From the sequence record SDGA01000085.1: a DNA stretch of 32,000 nt. One strand, given 5' to 3'. A program made the position numbers and the translations under genes. Positions 17,841 to 27,806 of this stretch are shown piece by piece. The notes below the pieces were generated by a model that was given only the letters and a program-made list of their open reading frames with translations, was not told where the DNA came from and ran no database searches. Each line of letters starts with the position of its first letter. Within the stretch, counting starts at the first letter, position 1.

Positions 17841-18473
17841 ATGGGACAAAAAACACATCCTTTAGCTTTTAGGTTAGGTATAACACAAATACATAAATCT
17901 ATATGGTTCTCTGAAAAGAAAGGCTACTCAAAAATTTTAGAGGAAGACTATAAAATTAGAAATTTCATAGAAAATAAGTTTAGATTTAATGGAATTTCAA
18001 AAATTTATTTATTTCGTAAAGCCAATCAAATCGAATTAAAGATAGAATCATCTAAGCCTGGGATTTTAATAGGAAGATCAAGTAGTAATCTTGAGTCATT
18101 ACGTAATGAAATTTATAAAATTTTAGCACCAAGTGAGAAGATTCGTATTAGTGTAATTGAAGTTATACAAGCTGATGCAGATGCTGTATTAGTTAGTGAA
18201 TTTATTGTACAACAATTAGAAAAGCGTATTGCTTTTAGAAGAGTAATTCGACAAGCTGTAAATAAAGCACAACGTACAAATATAAAAGGAATCAAAATAC
18301 AAGTTTCTGGTAGATTAAATGGTTCTGAAATTGCCCGTACTGAATGGATAAGAGAAGGCAGAGTTCCTTTACAGACTTTAAGAGCTAATATTGATTATGC
18401 ATATAAAGAAGCTCAAACTACTTATGGTATAATAGGAGTTAAAGTTTGGATCTTTAAAAATGAAATTTTATAA
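17841..18473 (+). CDS. rps3: 30S ribosomal protein S3
   Basis: 210 aa. Contains MGQKTHPLAFRLGITQ.H.S.WF and ...GRLNG.EIARTEW.REGRVPLQTLRA.IDYA...A.TTYG.IGVKVWIF. Confidence 0.96.
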   Translation: MGQKTHPLAFRLGITQIHKSIWFSEKKGYSKILEEDYKIRNFIENKFRFNGISKIYLFRKANQIELKIESSKPGILIGRSSSNLESLRNEIYKILAPSEKIRISVIEVIQADADAVLVSEFIVQQLEKRIAFRRVIRQAVNKAQRTNIKGIKIQVSGRLNGSEIARTEWIREGRVPLQTLRANIDYAYKEAQTTYGIIGVKVWIFKNEIL

Positions 18474-18508
18474 TGAATATTAAGAAATAAATAAATTATC
18501 AATTAATT

Positions 18509-18970
18509 ATGCTGATACCTAAAAAAACTAAATTCCGTAAACAACATAGAGGTCGTCTATCTGGAACTGCTTCTAGAGGCAATGTTCTTGCTTTTGGAGA
18601 TTATGGTTTACAAGCTCAGGAAGCTGTTTGGCTGAGTTCCAGACAAATTGAAGCTACAAGAAGAACTCTTGTTAGATATATTCGTAAGACTGGTAAATTA
18701 TGGATTCGAGTTTTTCCAGATAAACCAGTTACATTTCGTGCAGCAGAAACTCGTATGGGTGGAGGGAAAGGTTCACCAGAATATTGGGTTGCTGTAGTTA
18801 AGCCTGGTCATATTTTATTTGAACTAGCTGGCTTATCAAAAGACCTTGCTATAGAGGCTATAAAGAATGCTTCACATAAATTACCTATTAAGGTAAAATT
18901 CATTTATAAATCAAACAAAGGAGAAAAAAATGAGTTTCCAAACAATGAAAATGATATTAAATCTAAGTGA
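18509..18970 (+). CDS. rpl16: 50S ribosomal protein L16 (with C-terminal extension)
   Basis: 153 aa. [21 protein letters not shown]...FG.YGLQA.E..W..SRQIEA.RR. The last 15 or so residues are a non-conserved extension that overlaps rpl29. Confidence 0.95.
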   Translation: MLIPKKTKFRKQHRGRLSGTASRGNVLAFGDYGLQAQEAVWLSSRQIEATRRTLVRYIRKTGKLWIRVFPDKPVTFRAAETRMGGGKGSPEYWVAVVKPGHILFELAGLSKDLAIEAIKNASHKLPIKVKFIYKSNKGEKNEFPNNENDIKSK

Positions 18971-19127
18971 AGAGGAATTAGATAAAGAAATTATTTCTAT
19001 TAGACAAGAATTATTTGAATTATCATTAAAAAAAGCTATGAAACAAAATATAAAACCTCATTTGTTTAAACATGCTAAGCGTAGATTAGCGCAAATATTA
19101 ACGATCAAGACAAAGATAAAAAAATAA
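18930..19127 (+). CDS. rpl29: 50S ribosomal protein L29
   Basis: 65 aa with the L29 pattern ..[23 protein letters not shown]......PH.FKH.KR.LAQILT. AAAGGAG lies 6 nt upstream of the ATG at 18930. It overlaps rpl16 by 41 nt. Confidence 0.88.
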   Translation: MSFQTMKMILNLSEEELDKEIISIRQELFELSLKKAMKQNIKPHLFKHAKRRLAQILTIKTKIKK

Positions 19128-19146
19128 TAAAGTAGGATTAGATTTT

Positions 19147-19413
19147 ATGTCTCTCAAAAAACAAGTTGGTAATGTTGTTAGCAATAAGATGAATAAAACA
19201 ATTGTTGTAGCAGTTAATAAAACAGTTATTCATAGTAAATATAACAAAGTGGTCATTCGCACAAAAAAATATAAAGTGCATGATGAAAATAATATGTGCA
19301 AAATAGGAGATCATGTTATGATTGAGGAATCAAGACCTTTAAGTCGAACAAAAAAATGGAAACTAATAAGTGTGCTTATATCATCCTCAAAATTACGCGA
19401 ATTTAAAGGATAG
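19147..19413 (+). CDS. rps17: 30S ribosomal protein S17
   Basis: 88 aa. Contains ..G.VVSNKMNKTIVVAV.......KY.K...RTKKY.VHDE.N.CKIGD.V.I.ESRPLS.TK.W.L. Confidence 0.93.
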   Translation: MSLKKQVGNVVSNKMNKTIVVAVNKTVIHSKYNKVVIRTKKYKVHDENNMCKIGDHVMIEESRPLSRTKKWKLISVLISSSKLREFKG

Positions 19414-19416
19414 AAA

Positions 19417-19785
19417 ATGATACAGAATCAAACTTATTTAAATGTAGCTGATAACAGTGGTGCTAGAAAAATAATGTGTATTAGGATTTTAAAAACTGGC
19501 AATGCGAAATACGCAAGTATAGGAGATATAATTATAGGTGTTGTAAAAGAGGCTATACCTAATATGCCAGTCAAAAGATCAGATATTGTTCGTGCAGTAA
19601 TAGTAAGAACTAAGAAGATGCTTAGACGTTCAGATGGAATGCATATTCGTTTCGATGATAATGCAGCAATTTTAATAAATCAAGATAATAATCCTAGAGG
19701 TACAAGAGTTTTTGGTCCTATTGCAAGAGAATTAAGAGATAAAAATTTTACAAAAATTATTTCATTGGCAATGGAAGTAATCTAG
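19417..19785 (+). CDS. rpl14: 50S ribosomal protein L14
   Basis: 122 aa. Begins [23 protein letters not shown] and contains ..RFDDNA..LIN....[14 protein letters not shown]. Confidence 0.97.
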   Translation: MIQNQTYLNVADNSGARKIMCIRILKTGNAKYASIGDIIIGVVKEAIPNMPVKRSDIVRAVIVRTKKMLRRSDGMHIRFDDNAAILINQDNNPRGTRVFGPIARELRDKNFTKIISLAMEVI

Positions 19786-19846
19786 TTTTTTTAACAAATA
19801 ATGAAAATATAAAATAATTAATAATTACTAAGAGCAAATTTTATTT

Positions 19847-20398
19847 ATGAAAAGTCAGCTATATATATATTATAAAAATACGGTAGTTGAAGATTTGATT
19901 AAAGAATTTGGATACAAAAATATTCATCAAGTACCTAAAATATCAAAAATTGAGATTAATAGAGGACTAGGTCAAGATGCGCAAAACAATAAAATTTTAG
20001 AAAATAACATAAATGAGATTGCATTAATTACTGGTCAAAAGCCTATTATTACATATGCAAAAAAATCAATAGCAGGATTCAAAATTAGGGAAAAAACGCC
20101 GATAGGTGTTAAGGTCACTTTACGTAAAGAAAAAATGTATGTTTTTTTAGAAAAATTAATTTATCTTGCTTTACCTAGAATAAAAGATTTTCGTGGTATT
20201 AATACAAATAGTTTTGATGGTCGAGGTAATTATAATTTAGGCATCAAAGAACAACTAATTTTTCCAGAAATTGAATATGATAAAATTGACAAAATAAGAG
20301 GCATGGATATTAATATAGTAACGAACGCTAAAAATGATTTAGAGGCAAAAAAACTTTTAAGTCTTTTAGGAATGCCATTAAAAAAAAATATTGTTTGA
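19847..20398 (+). CDS. rpl5: 50S ribosomal protein L5
   Basis: 183 aa. Contains ..N.HQVPKI.KI.INRGLG, ..[26 protein letters not shown] and ..[23 protein letters not shown]. Confidence 0.95.
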   Translation: MKSQLYIYYKNTVVEDLIKEFGYKNIHQVPKISKIEINRGLGQDAQNNKILENNINEIALITGQKPIITYAKKSIAGFKIREKTPIGVKVTLRKEKMYVFLEKLIYLALPRIKDFRGINTNSFDGRGNYNLGIKEQLIFPEIEYDKIDKIRGMDINIVTNAKNDLEAKKLLSLLGMPLKKNIV

Positions 20399-20432
20399 TA
20401 TAAGACGAAAATAAAGCCAAAGGAGTAAAAGG

Positions 20433-20837
20433 GTGATTAAAGATACAATTTCTGATATGTTAACTAGAATTAGAAATGCGAATTTAGCAAAATATAATGT
20501 AGTGGAAGTGCCTAATACTAAAATAAATCACAATATAGCTAAAGTATTGCAAGAAACTGGTTTCATTCAATATTTTAAATTTGAATTAAAAGGCAAATTA
20601 CCTAAACATAAAATTGTGATTTATTTAAAATATAAAGGTAAAATACGTCAACCTGTAATTACTAGCATAAAAAGAATTAGTAAGCCTGGTCTAAGAATAT
20701 ATGCAAGCTGTAATGATATACCTATAGTTCTTGGAGGCTTAGGAATTGCTATAATTTCAACATCTAAAGGAATTATGGCTGATAAAGATGCACGTTCTAT
20801 TAATATAGGTGGAGAAGTTTTATGTTATATTTGGTAA
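20433..20837 (+). CDS. rps8: 30S ribosomal protein S8 (GTG start)
   Basis: 134 aa. (M)[16 protein letters not shown] is the conserved S8 N-terminus, which forces the GTG at 20433 as the start. AAAGGAG lies 6 nt upstream. The C-terminus GGEVLCYIW is typical. Confidence 0.95.
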   Translation: MIKDTISDMLTRIRNANLAKYNVVEVPNTKINHNIAKVLQETGFIQYFKFELKGKLPKHKIVIYLKYKGKIRQPVITSIKRISKPGLRIYASCNDIPIVLGGLGIAIISTSKGIMADKDARSINIGGEVLCYIW

Positions 20838-20851
20838 TTGGAGATTAAATT

Positions 20852-21403
20852 ATGTCTAGAATAGGAAAACTACCAATCATTATTCCTGATGATATCTATG
20901 TACATTTAAATAGTAATTATATTATTGTTCGAGGACCTCAGGGAGAATTAAAAAAAAATCTTGTAAAAGAACTAAGTTTTAATCTGAAAAAAGAGAATAA
21001 TAAATCTATGTTATTCATTTCTAGAAAAAAACAAGATAATAAATCTAATCAACTATACGGACTATATAGAACCTTAATTAATAATATGGTCGTAGGTGTA
21101 AATAATAAATTTATAAAAGAACTTGAACTTAAAGGTGTAGGTTATCGTTGTCAAATAGACGATAAACTATTAATACTAAATGTTGGATATAGTCATCCTA
21201 TAAAATTTCAAGTACCAGAGTCAATTACAATTGAAGTTGAAAATAATACAACGATTAAAATTAGTGGTATTGATAAGCAACTAGTTGGTGAGATAGCATC
21301 AAGAATTCGAAGTTTTCGTATGCCAGAACCCTATAAAGGAAAGGGGATTCATTATAAAGGAGAACATATAAAACTAAAAGTAGGAAAGACAGGTAAAAAA
21401 TAA
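20852..21403 (+). CDS. rpl6: 50S ribosomal protein L6
   Basis: 183 aa. Contains MSRIGKLPI.IP, ..GP.GEL and ..L.G.GYR......L.L..GYSHP......E. Confidence 0.93.
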   Translation: MSRIGKLPIIIPDDIYVHLNSNYIIVRGPQGELKKNLVKELSFNLKKENNKSMLFISRKKQDNKSNQLYGLYRTLINNMVVGVNNKFIKELELKGVGYRCQIDDKLLILNVGYSHPIKFQVPESITIEVENNTTIKISGIDKQLVGEIASRIRSFRMPEPYKGKGIHYKGEHIKLKVGKTGKK

Positions 21404-21405
21404 GT

Positions 21406-21768
21406 ATGATAATTTCACGTAAATATATTATCAAAAAGAAACATAAAAGCATAAGAAAAAAAATTAAGGGTGATTTTAATCGTCCTAGACTATATGTGTT
21501 TAGATCTAATGAACACATTTATGCTCAAGTGATTAATGATGAAACTAACAATATTATTACAAGTAGCTCAAGTTTAGAATCTTTAGTTAAAAATAAAGTT
21601 AATAAGGGCTATACTTGCCAAGCAGCCGAAATAGTTGGTATGATTTTAGCAAAAAAATGTACAGAAAAGAATATTGTTAGAGTAAGATTTGATAGAGGAG
21701 GTAGAAAGTATCATGGCAGAATAAAAGCTTTAGCAGAGTCTGCAAGGAAGAATGGCTTAATATTTTAA
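21406..21768 (+). CDS. rpl18: 50S ribosomal protein L18
   Basis: 120 aa. Contains ..RPRL.VFRSN.HIYAQVI.D and ..V.FDRGG.KYHGR.KALAE.AR..GL.F. Confidence 0.93.
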   Translation: MIISRKYIIKKKHKSIRKKIKGDFNRPRLYVFRSNEHIYAQVINDETNNIITSSSSLESLVKNKVNKGYTCQAAEIVGMILAKKCTEKNIVRVRFDRGGRKYHGRIKALAESARKNGLIF

Positions 21769-21793
21769 GTTAATTAATAAGGAAGGTTAAAAA

Positions 21794-22312
21794 ATGCAAG
21801 TTCAAACTAAATCCAGTTTAAAGTCTAAAGAAAATGAATTAGTAGAAAAAGTTCTTCAGGTCAAAAGAGTAACTAAGGTTGTAAAAGGAGGAAAAAAGCT
21901 TAGTTTTAGGGTAGTTGTAATAGTAGGTAATCAATTTAATCAAGTAGGCATAGGTATAGGAAAAGCAAGTGAAGTAATTAGTGCTATTAGAAAAGCTATT
22001 GCTGACGGCAAAAAAAACTTAATTAAAGTACCTTTAAACAAAAATTATTCTATACCACATCCGATTACAAGTTCGTTTGGAGCTGCATCAATCCTATTGC
22101 GTCCTTCTTCATTAGGTTCAGGAGTTATTGCAGGGGGAGCTGTAAGAATAGTTTTAGAATTAGCAGGAGTTAGGAATATTTTAGCCAAACAATTAGGTTC
22201 AAATAATAAGTTAAATAATGCAGAAGCTACTATTAGTGCTTTAAAAAATTTAAAAACTATCCGACAAACAGCAAAAGATAGAGGCCTTATTGAAGAGCAA
22301 TTATACAGATAA
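21794..22312 (+). CDS. rps5: 30S ribosomal protein S5
   Basis: 172 aa. Contains ..[34 protein letters not shown] and ..[25 protein letters not shown]. Confidence 0.95.
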   Translation: MQVQTKSSLKSKENELVEKVLQVKRVTKVVKGGKKLSFRVVVIVGNQFNQVGIGIGKASEVISAIRKAIADGKKNLIKVPLNKNYSIPHPITSSFGAASILLRPSSLGSGVIAGGAVRIVLELAGVRNILAKQLGSNNKLNNAEATISALKNLKTIRQTAKDRGLIEEQLYR

Positions 22313-22338
22313 ATTTATAAATTATAACTAACATAAAT

Positions 22339-23616
22339 ATGAAGTTCAAAAATTTGAGTGTATTTCAAAGATTAAATGATTTACAAGTATTAAAACAAAA
22401 AATATTAATAACTTTATTAATAGTATTAATATCAAGACTAGGAATTTTTATTCCTATACCTGGTATAGATTACAAGAATTTCTATGAGATGAATTCGCAT
22501 AATCAATTTGTTAATTTTATAAATATATTTTCGGGAGGAGGCTTTGCTACTATTGGAATTTTTGCTCTTGGTATAGTGCCCTATATTAATGCCTCAATTA
22601 TTATACAACTTATAACCCCTACAGTTCCATTTTTAGAAAAGTTACAAAAAGAAGAAGGCGATTTTGGTAGACAAAAAATTAACCAATTAATACGCTATGT
22701 TACTTTATTATGGTCTATAATACAAGGTTTAGGTATGTCTTTTTGGCTAAAAAGGTATGTATTAGAGTGGAATAGTTTATTTATTTTTCAGACTACTCTA
22801 GTACTTACTGTAGGTTCAATGTTAATGATGTGGTTTAGTGAGTTGATTACAGAAAAAGGCTTAGGAAACGGATCTTCTATATTGATAACCATTAATATTA
22901 TTAGTAGTTTACGTAAAATTGTTGATAGTTTTCAAATTAATTTTCAAAAAATAAGTTATATACAAATAGCCGTATTTGTTATTTTATTATTAACAATTTT
23001 AATTTTAATAATATATGTACAAGAATCTACTAGACGTATACCTATAATCTCAGCCAAACAATTATCAAGAGGGGTTATTGATTCTAAGAATAACTACCTA
23101 CCTCTTAAACTTAATCAAAGTGGTATTATGCCGATAATTTTTTCTTCCTCTTTAACAATAATACCTATATATCTGAGCCAAATAGTAACAAATAATAATA
23201 TTAAAAATATAATACTAGTTTTTAATAATATACTATTTAATAATAAAATTATTTATACTTTTATTTACTGCAGTTTAATATTTTTTTTTAGTTATTTCTA
23301 TACAAATGTATTTTTTAATACTAGTGAACTAACTGAAAATTTAAAAAAAATGGCAGTTAGCATACCTGGAATAAGGCCTGGATTTAAAACTGAAAATTAT
23401 TTAAAAAAAGTTTTGAATCGTCTAACTTTCTTAGGAGCTTCTTTTTTATCTTTTGTGGCTGTAATTCCTTCTATCATAGAAGGAATTACAAATATAACCG
23501 TTTTTAGAGGTTTTGGAGCGACTTCTTTATTGATTTTAATAGGTGTAGCTATTGACATAGTTAAACAAATAAAAACTTATTTATTAAGTAAAAATTACGA
23601 AAATATGATCAAGTAA
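22339..23616 (+). CDS. secY: Preprotein translocase subunit SecY
   Basis: 425 aa, polytopic. It has SecY motifs (R.G.FIPIPGID, IF.LGI.PYI.ASII.QL, FGR.KI....RY.T, SAKQ) in the conserved position after rps5. Confidence 0.9.
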   Translation: MKFKNLSVFQRLNDLQVLKQKILITLLIVLISRLGIFIPIPGIDYKNFYEMNSHNQFVNFINIFSGGGFATIGIFALGIVPYINASIIIQLITPTVPFLEKLQKEEGDFGRQKINQLIRYVTLLWSIIQGLGMSFWLKRYVLEWNSLFIFQTTLVLTVGSMLMMWFSELITEKGLGNGSSILITINIISSLRKIVDSFQINFQKISYIQIAVFVILLLTILILIIYVQESTRRIPIISAKQLSRGVIDSKNNYLPLKLNQSGIMPIIFSSSLTIIPIYLSQIVTNNNIKNIILVFNNILFNNKIIYTFIYCSLIFFFSYFYTNVFFNTSELTENLKKMAVSIPGIRPGFKTENYLKKVLNRLTFLGASFLSFVAVIPSIIEGITNITVFRGFGATSLLILIGVAIDIVKQIKTYLLSKNYENMIK

Positions 23617-23662
23617 AATTTGTTTTAAAAATTTTTTTATTTTATAAAAAGGGAATTATATA

Positions 23663-23776
23663 ATGAAAGTAAGATCGTCAGTAAAAAAAATGTGTGATAA
23701 TTGTCGTATTATAAAAAGAAAAAAAAGAATAGTAATAATATGTACTAATGATAAACATAAACAACGTCAAGGATAG
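23663..23776 (+). CDS. rpl36: 50S ribosomal protein L36
   Basis: Not in the ORF track. Hand translation gives [37 protein letters not shown], the canonical L36 (MKVR.SVKK.C..C..I.R.....V.C.N.KHKQRQG). Confidence 0.95.
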   Translation: MKVRSSVKKMCDNCRIIKRKKRIVIICTNDKHKQRQG

Positions 23777-23805
23777 TTAATTAATTATATTGAAGGAATA
23801 AAATT

Positions 23806-24159
23806 ATGGTAAGAATTGCTGGCATTGACCTTCCAAAAAATAAAAAAGTAGAAATCAGCTTAACATATATATATGGAATAGGTCTATCTTTATCTAAAAA
23901 AATTATATCAATGGCACAAATAAATTGTGAAAAAACAATACAAGATTTAGATGATTTAGAAATAGCTAATATACGATCTATAATTGAAAAAAACTTCCAA
24001 GTAGAAGGTGATTTAAGAAAATTTGACTCTCTTAATATTAAAAGATTAGTAGAAATCGGTAGTTATAGAGGAAGAAGACATAGATTAGGCTTACCTTTAA
24101 GAGGCCAAAGAACTAGAACTAATGCAAAAACTCGAAAAAAAATGAATAAAAATAAGTAA
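23806..24159 (+). CDS. rps13: 30S ribosomal protein S13
   Basis: 117 aa. Contains [23 protein letters not shown] and ..I.SYRG.RH..GLP.RGQRT.TNA.T. Confidence 0.96.
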   Translation: MVRIAGIDLPKNKKVEISLTYIYGIGLSLSKKIISMAQINCEKTIQDLDDLEIANIRSIIEKNFQVEGDLRKFDSLNIKRLVEIGSYRGRRHRLGLPLRGQRTRTNAKTRKKMNKNK

Positions 24160-24200
24160 TTATTAAATATTAATTAAATAAATTAAATATAAAATAAAAT

Positions 24201-24593
24201 ATGATTAAGGAAATAAAAAAAAATAACATTAAAAAACAAAAAAAAAATATTTATAATGGTATAGTTCATATTCAGTCAACATTTAATAATACAATTGTAA
24301 CTATAACTGATATTCATGGAAATACCATTTCATGGGCTGCTGCTGGTCAAGTTGGGTTTAAAGGTGCTAAAAAAGCAACACCATTTGCAGCACAAATAAC
24401 AGCTGAAAAAGCTGGCAAACAAGCATTTGAAAATGGAGTACGTGAAACAGAGGTGAGAATAAGTGGACCTGGTGCTGGAAGAGAGACAGCTATCAGAGCA
24501 ATAAAAAATATTGGCCTACAAATAAGCATCATTAAAGATATAACATCTATACCTCATAACGGTTGTCGAGCTCCTAAAAGAAGACGTGTTTAA
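24201..24593 (+). CDS. rps11: 30S ribosomal protein S11
   Basis: 130 aa. Contains ..[38 protein letters not shown] and ..I.DIT.IPHNGCR.PK.RRV. Confidence 0.96.
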   Translation: MIKEIKKNNIKKQKKNIYNGIVHIQSTFNNTIVTITDIHGNTISWAAAGQVGFKGAKKATPFAAQITAEKAGKQAFENGVRETEVRISGPGAGRETAIRAIKNIGLQISIIKDITSIPHNGCRAPKRRRV

Positions 24594-24643
24594 AATATAT
24601 AGTTATTGAAATTTAATTAAATTAACTTAATTTATTTTATCTT

Positions 24644-25582
24644 ATGAAAAAATTACAGATTGAATGTATAGAATCTGTTATTAAAAACTCCATAAATCAA
24701 TATAGTAAATTTAGTATTTATCCACTTCAGAAAGGACAGGCTTTAACTATAGGTAATGCATTAAGAAGAATAATGTTAGGATACTTAGAAGGCATAGCTA
24801 TTGTTGGCGTAAGAATTGCCGGTATTAATCATGAATTTACAACTATTGATGGTGTACGTGAAGATGTTTTAGATATATTGCTTAACTTAAAGCAAATTGT
24901 ATTTAAAGGTGACTGTAACGAATCTCAAATTGGTAGATTAAAAGTGTCGGGCCCAGGAGTCGTTACTGCATCGAATTTAGAATTACCCACAAGTGTTGAC
25001 TTAGTCGATTTGACACAGTATATAGCTACAATTGATAAAAATGTAAAACTAGAAATGGAGATAAAAATTGAAAAGGGTAGAGGTTATCACTTAGTCAATA
25101 AAAAAATAGTAGAAAATTTAACCGATTTCTTAAAGGTTGATGCAGTCTATATGCCAGTTAAAAAGGTAATGTTTCATATACAAGAAGAACAAAATATTAA
25201 TTCTTTATTATATGAAAAATTAATACTAGAAGTGACAACGAATGGCAGTATTAGTGGTAAAGAAGCAATAATAAAAGCTTCTCAATTATTTGTAGAAATG
25301 TTAGAGCCATTAAAAGAAATTAGAGTCGAATCTGACAATAAAGATGATAGTCAAGAACACAAAAAATTACATCAAGTTCCAATTGAAGAATTACATTTAT
25401 CTGTTAGAGCGTATAATTGTTTAAAACGTGCAAATATTGTTTCAGTAGCAGATCTTTTAGATTATTCGGAAGAAGATCTATTAGAAATTAAAAACTTTGG
25501 ATATAAATCAGCAGAAGAAGTTATGCAAGCTTTACAAAAACATTTAGGCATAACATTGCCCAAGACAAAAAACAAAACATAA
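24644..25582 (+). CDS. rpoA: DNA-directed RNA polymerase alpha subunit
   Basis: 312 aa. The N-terminal domain has ..PL..GQ..T.GNALRR..L. The C-terminal domain has IEEL.LSVRAYNCLKRANI..V.DLL..SEEDLLEIKNFG.KS.EEV. Confidence 0.93.
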   Translation: MKKLQIECIESVIKNSINQYSKFSIYPLQKGQALTIGNALRRIMLGYLEGIAIVGVRIAGINHEFTTIDGVREDVLDILLNLKQIVFKGDCNESQIGRLKVSGPGVVTASNLELPTSVDLVDLTQYIATIDKNVKLEMEIKIEKGRGYHLVNKKIVENLTDFLKVDAVYMPVKKVMFHIQEEQNINSLLYEKLILEVTTNGSISGKEAIIKASQLFVEMLEPLKEIRVESDNKDDSQEHKKLHQVPIEELHLSVRAYNCLKRANIVSVADLLDYSEEDLLEIKNFGYKSAEEVMQALQKHLGITLPKTKNKT

Positions 25583-25651
25583 TTTAAATATTATATTATT
25601 CTATAATATTGAAAAATAATTAATTTAATAAATAAGCTTATTTAATAAAAT

Positions 25652-26083
25652 ATGAACAATACTTATTTTCCAGATCGAACTTATTGCAATAGGGAACAAA
25701 AATGGTATGTAGTTGATGCAAAAAATAAAACTTTAGGTAGGTTATCTACTGAAATTGCAGCAATTTTACTTGGTAAAAACAAAACTTTTTACACACCTTA
25801 TATGAATACTGGAGATCATGTTATTGTTATAAACTCTAGTGGTGTTAATATGCTTTCAGGAGATAAAAAAATCTACTATAGAAATTCTAAAAGACCAGGA
25901 AGTCTGAAAAAAGAAAGTTTTTATAATTTAAAATCACGCCTGCCTAATAGAATTATAGAACATTCAGTGAAAGGAATGTTGCCTAAAAATAAGCTGGGTA
26001 GAATCTTACTTAAAAATTTAAAGGTTTATAGTGGTGATTTACATCCACATTCTGCACAAAAACCATTAGAATATAAAATTTAA
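25652..26083 (+). CDS. rpl13: 50S ribosomal protein L13
   Basis: 143 aa. Contains ..WY.VDA....LGRL.T.IA..L.GK.K..YTP....GD.VIVIN and ..MLPKN.LGR.....LKVY.G..HPH.AQ.P. Confidence 0.93.
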   Translation: MNNTYFPDRTYCNREQKWYVVDAKNKTLGRLSTEIAAILLGKNKTFYTPYMNTGDHVIVINSSGVNMLSGDKKIYYRNSKRPGSLKKESFYNLKSRLPNRIIEHSVKGMLPKNKLGRILLKNLKVYSGDLHPHSAQKPLEYKI

Positions 26084-26102
26084 AATAACAAATATATTTT
26101 AT

Positions 26103-26501
26103 ATGATTATAAAAATAGGAAAACGAAAAAGCGCAATTGCACAAGTGTTAATAAAAGAAGTCAATAATATGAATAGTAGTGCTAAAATGATTATTAACAA
26201 TGAAATTGCTGAAAAATATTTGCAATACAATCCTATATATTTAAATAAAATTTACTTACCTTTAACTGTACTAAATAATGATAATAAATTTAATATTATA
26301 GTAAAAGTAAAAGGTGGCGGTCTATCTGCACAAGCAGATGCGATTAAATTAGGTTTAGCTAGGATCTTGTGCTCTATAGATAAGGATTATAGACCATTGT
26401 TAAAAAAATATCATTTATTAACACGAGATTCTCGTATTAAAGAACGCAGAAAATATGGTCTTAAAAAAGCAAGAAAAGCACCTCAATATTCTAAAAGATA
26501 A
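26103..26501 (+). CDS. rps9: 30S ribosomal protein S9
   Basis: 132 aa. Contains ..GKRK.AIA.V, ..V.V.GGG...QA.AI.LG.AR.L and ..LTRD.R.KERRKYGLKKARKAPQ.SKR. Confidence 0.93.
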   Translation: MIIKIGKRKSAIAQVLIKEVNNMNSSAKMIINNEIAEKYLQYNPIYLNKIYLPLTVLNNDNKFNIIVKVKGGGLSAQADAIKLGLARILCSIDKDYRPLLKKYHLLTRDSRIKERRKYGLKKARKAPQYSKR

Positions 26502-26557
26502 GAATAAAAATTATATTATATTTGTTTATATTTGTAATAATAAATTGGAGTTATATA

Positions 26558-26779
26558 ATGCCTAAAGCTAATATTCATCCTAAATGGTATCCAGAAGCTG
26601 AAGTTTATTGTGAAGGAAAATTAATTCTTAAAATTGGTTCTACAAAACCTAAAATTAATGTTGATGTATGGTCAGGTAATCATCCTTTTTTTACAGGTAC
26701 ACAAAGAATTATAGATACTGAAGGAAGAGTAGAAAGATTTTTAAGAAAATATAAAATAGAAAAGCCTTCATCAGATTAA
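26558..26779 (+). CDS. rpl31: 50S ribosomal protein L31
   Basis: The conserved L31 N-terminus MPKANIHPKW begins at the ATG at 26558 (GGAG 7 nt upstream). The track ORF starts at a TTG 36 nt earlier and adds a non-conserved hydrophobic leader. Also contains HPF.TG.QRI.DTEGRVE.F. Confidence 0.9.
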   Translation: MPKANIHPKWYPEAEVYCEGKLILKIGSTKPKINVDVWSGNHPFFTGTQRIIDTEGRVERFLRKYKIEKPSSD

Positions 26780-26803
26780 TCTTAAATTTTAAGTAAAACT
26801 AAT

Positions 26804-27178
26804 ATGCCAACTATTCAACAATTAATCCGAGAACAGAGACAAAAAATAAAGCAAAATCTTAAATCTCCAGCATTAAACGCTTGTCCTCAAAAAAGAGGTG
26901 TATGCACACGAGTGTATACAAACACACCTAAAAAACCAAATTCAGCGTTAAGAAAAGTGGCTAGAGTTAGACTTACATCTGGTTATGAAATTACGGCTTA
27001 CATTCCAGGTATTGGACATAACTTACAAGAACACTCTGTCGTATTAGTTCGAGGAGGAAGAGTAAAAGATCTTCCAGGTGTAAGATATCATATTGTAAGA
27101 GGAGCTTTAGATTCTGCAGGAGTTAAAAATCGTAAAAGTAGTCGTTCTAAATATGGCACTAAAAAATTAAAAAGTTAA
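26804..27178 (+). CDS. rps12: 30S ribosomal protein S12
   Basis: 124 aa. Contains MPTIQQLIR, ..[70 protein letters not shown]. Confidence 0.98.
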   Translation: MPTIQQLIREQRQKIKQNLKSPALNACPQKRGVCTRVYTNTPKKPNSALRKVARVRLTSGYEITAYIPGIGHNLQEHSVVLVRGGRVKDLPGVRYHIVRGALDSAGVKNRKSSRSKYGTKKLKS

Positions 27179-27220
27179 ATATAAAAATAATAATTTTCTT
27201 ACAATGTAAAAAGCCAGTAT

Positions 27221-27691
27221 ATGTCCAGAAAAACTATTGCTAAAAAAAAATTTGTAGACAAAGACCCTATACATAAAAGTAGGTTAGTTAGTATGTTAAT
27301 TAATAGAATTATTAGACATGGAAAGAAGTGTCTTGCAGAAAGAATTACATATGAAGTTATAGATATAGTACAAGATAAAACTAATTCAAACCCTATTAAA
27401 GTTTTAGAAAAAGCAATAAAAAATATTACACCTTTAGTAGAAGTGAAAGCTCGACGAATTGGTGGTTCAACATACCAAGTTCCTATTGAAGTTAAAATTT
27501 ATAGAGGAACTAATTTAGCATTAAGATGGTTAATACAATCTGCAAAAAAAAGAACAGGGAAAAATATGGTAGTAAAATTGGCAAATGAAATTATTGATGC
27601 CTACAATTATACTGGAAGTGCGATTCGTAAAAAAGAAGAGGTTCATAGAATGGCGGAGTCGAATAAAGCATTTGCACATTATCGTTACTAA
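27221..27691 (+). CDS. rps7: 30S ribosomal protein S7
   Basis: 156 aa. Contains ..DP....RLV.ML.NRI...GKK.LAE.I.Y, ..EVKARR.GGSTYQVP.EV and ..A..HYR. Confidence 0.96.
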   Translation: MSRKTIAKKKFVDKDPIHKSRLVSMLINRIIRHGKKCLAERITYEVIDIVQDKTNSNPIKVLEKAIKNITPLVEVKARRIGGSTYQVPIEVKIYRGTNLALRWLIQSAKKRTGKNMVVKLANEIIDAYNYTGSAIRKKEEVHRMAESNKAFAHYRY

Positions 27692-27806
27692 ATATTTATT
27701 GATTATTATTAATACTTATAGTTTTGTAATTCTTTAGTGTAATAAATTTTATATTTTAGTTATATATTATAAAATAATCTAAATCTAACATAGGATAAGA
27801 AATATT

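Noticed and set aside
19786-19846. A possible degenerate rpl24 pseudogene in the rpl14-rpl5 spacer, or orf77 as a relocated rpl24.
   Set aside because: The spacer is only 61 nt and shows no KOW-like coding remnant. orf77 lacks the G-D-x-V-x-V-x-x-G-x-x-K-G KOW signature.
27692-27806. A possible internal promoter or hairpin in the 115-nt rps7-tufA spacer.
   Set aside because: Only weak 8-bp AT stems and generic TATAAT-like strings are present, which cannot be distinguished from background without transcript mapping.
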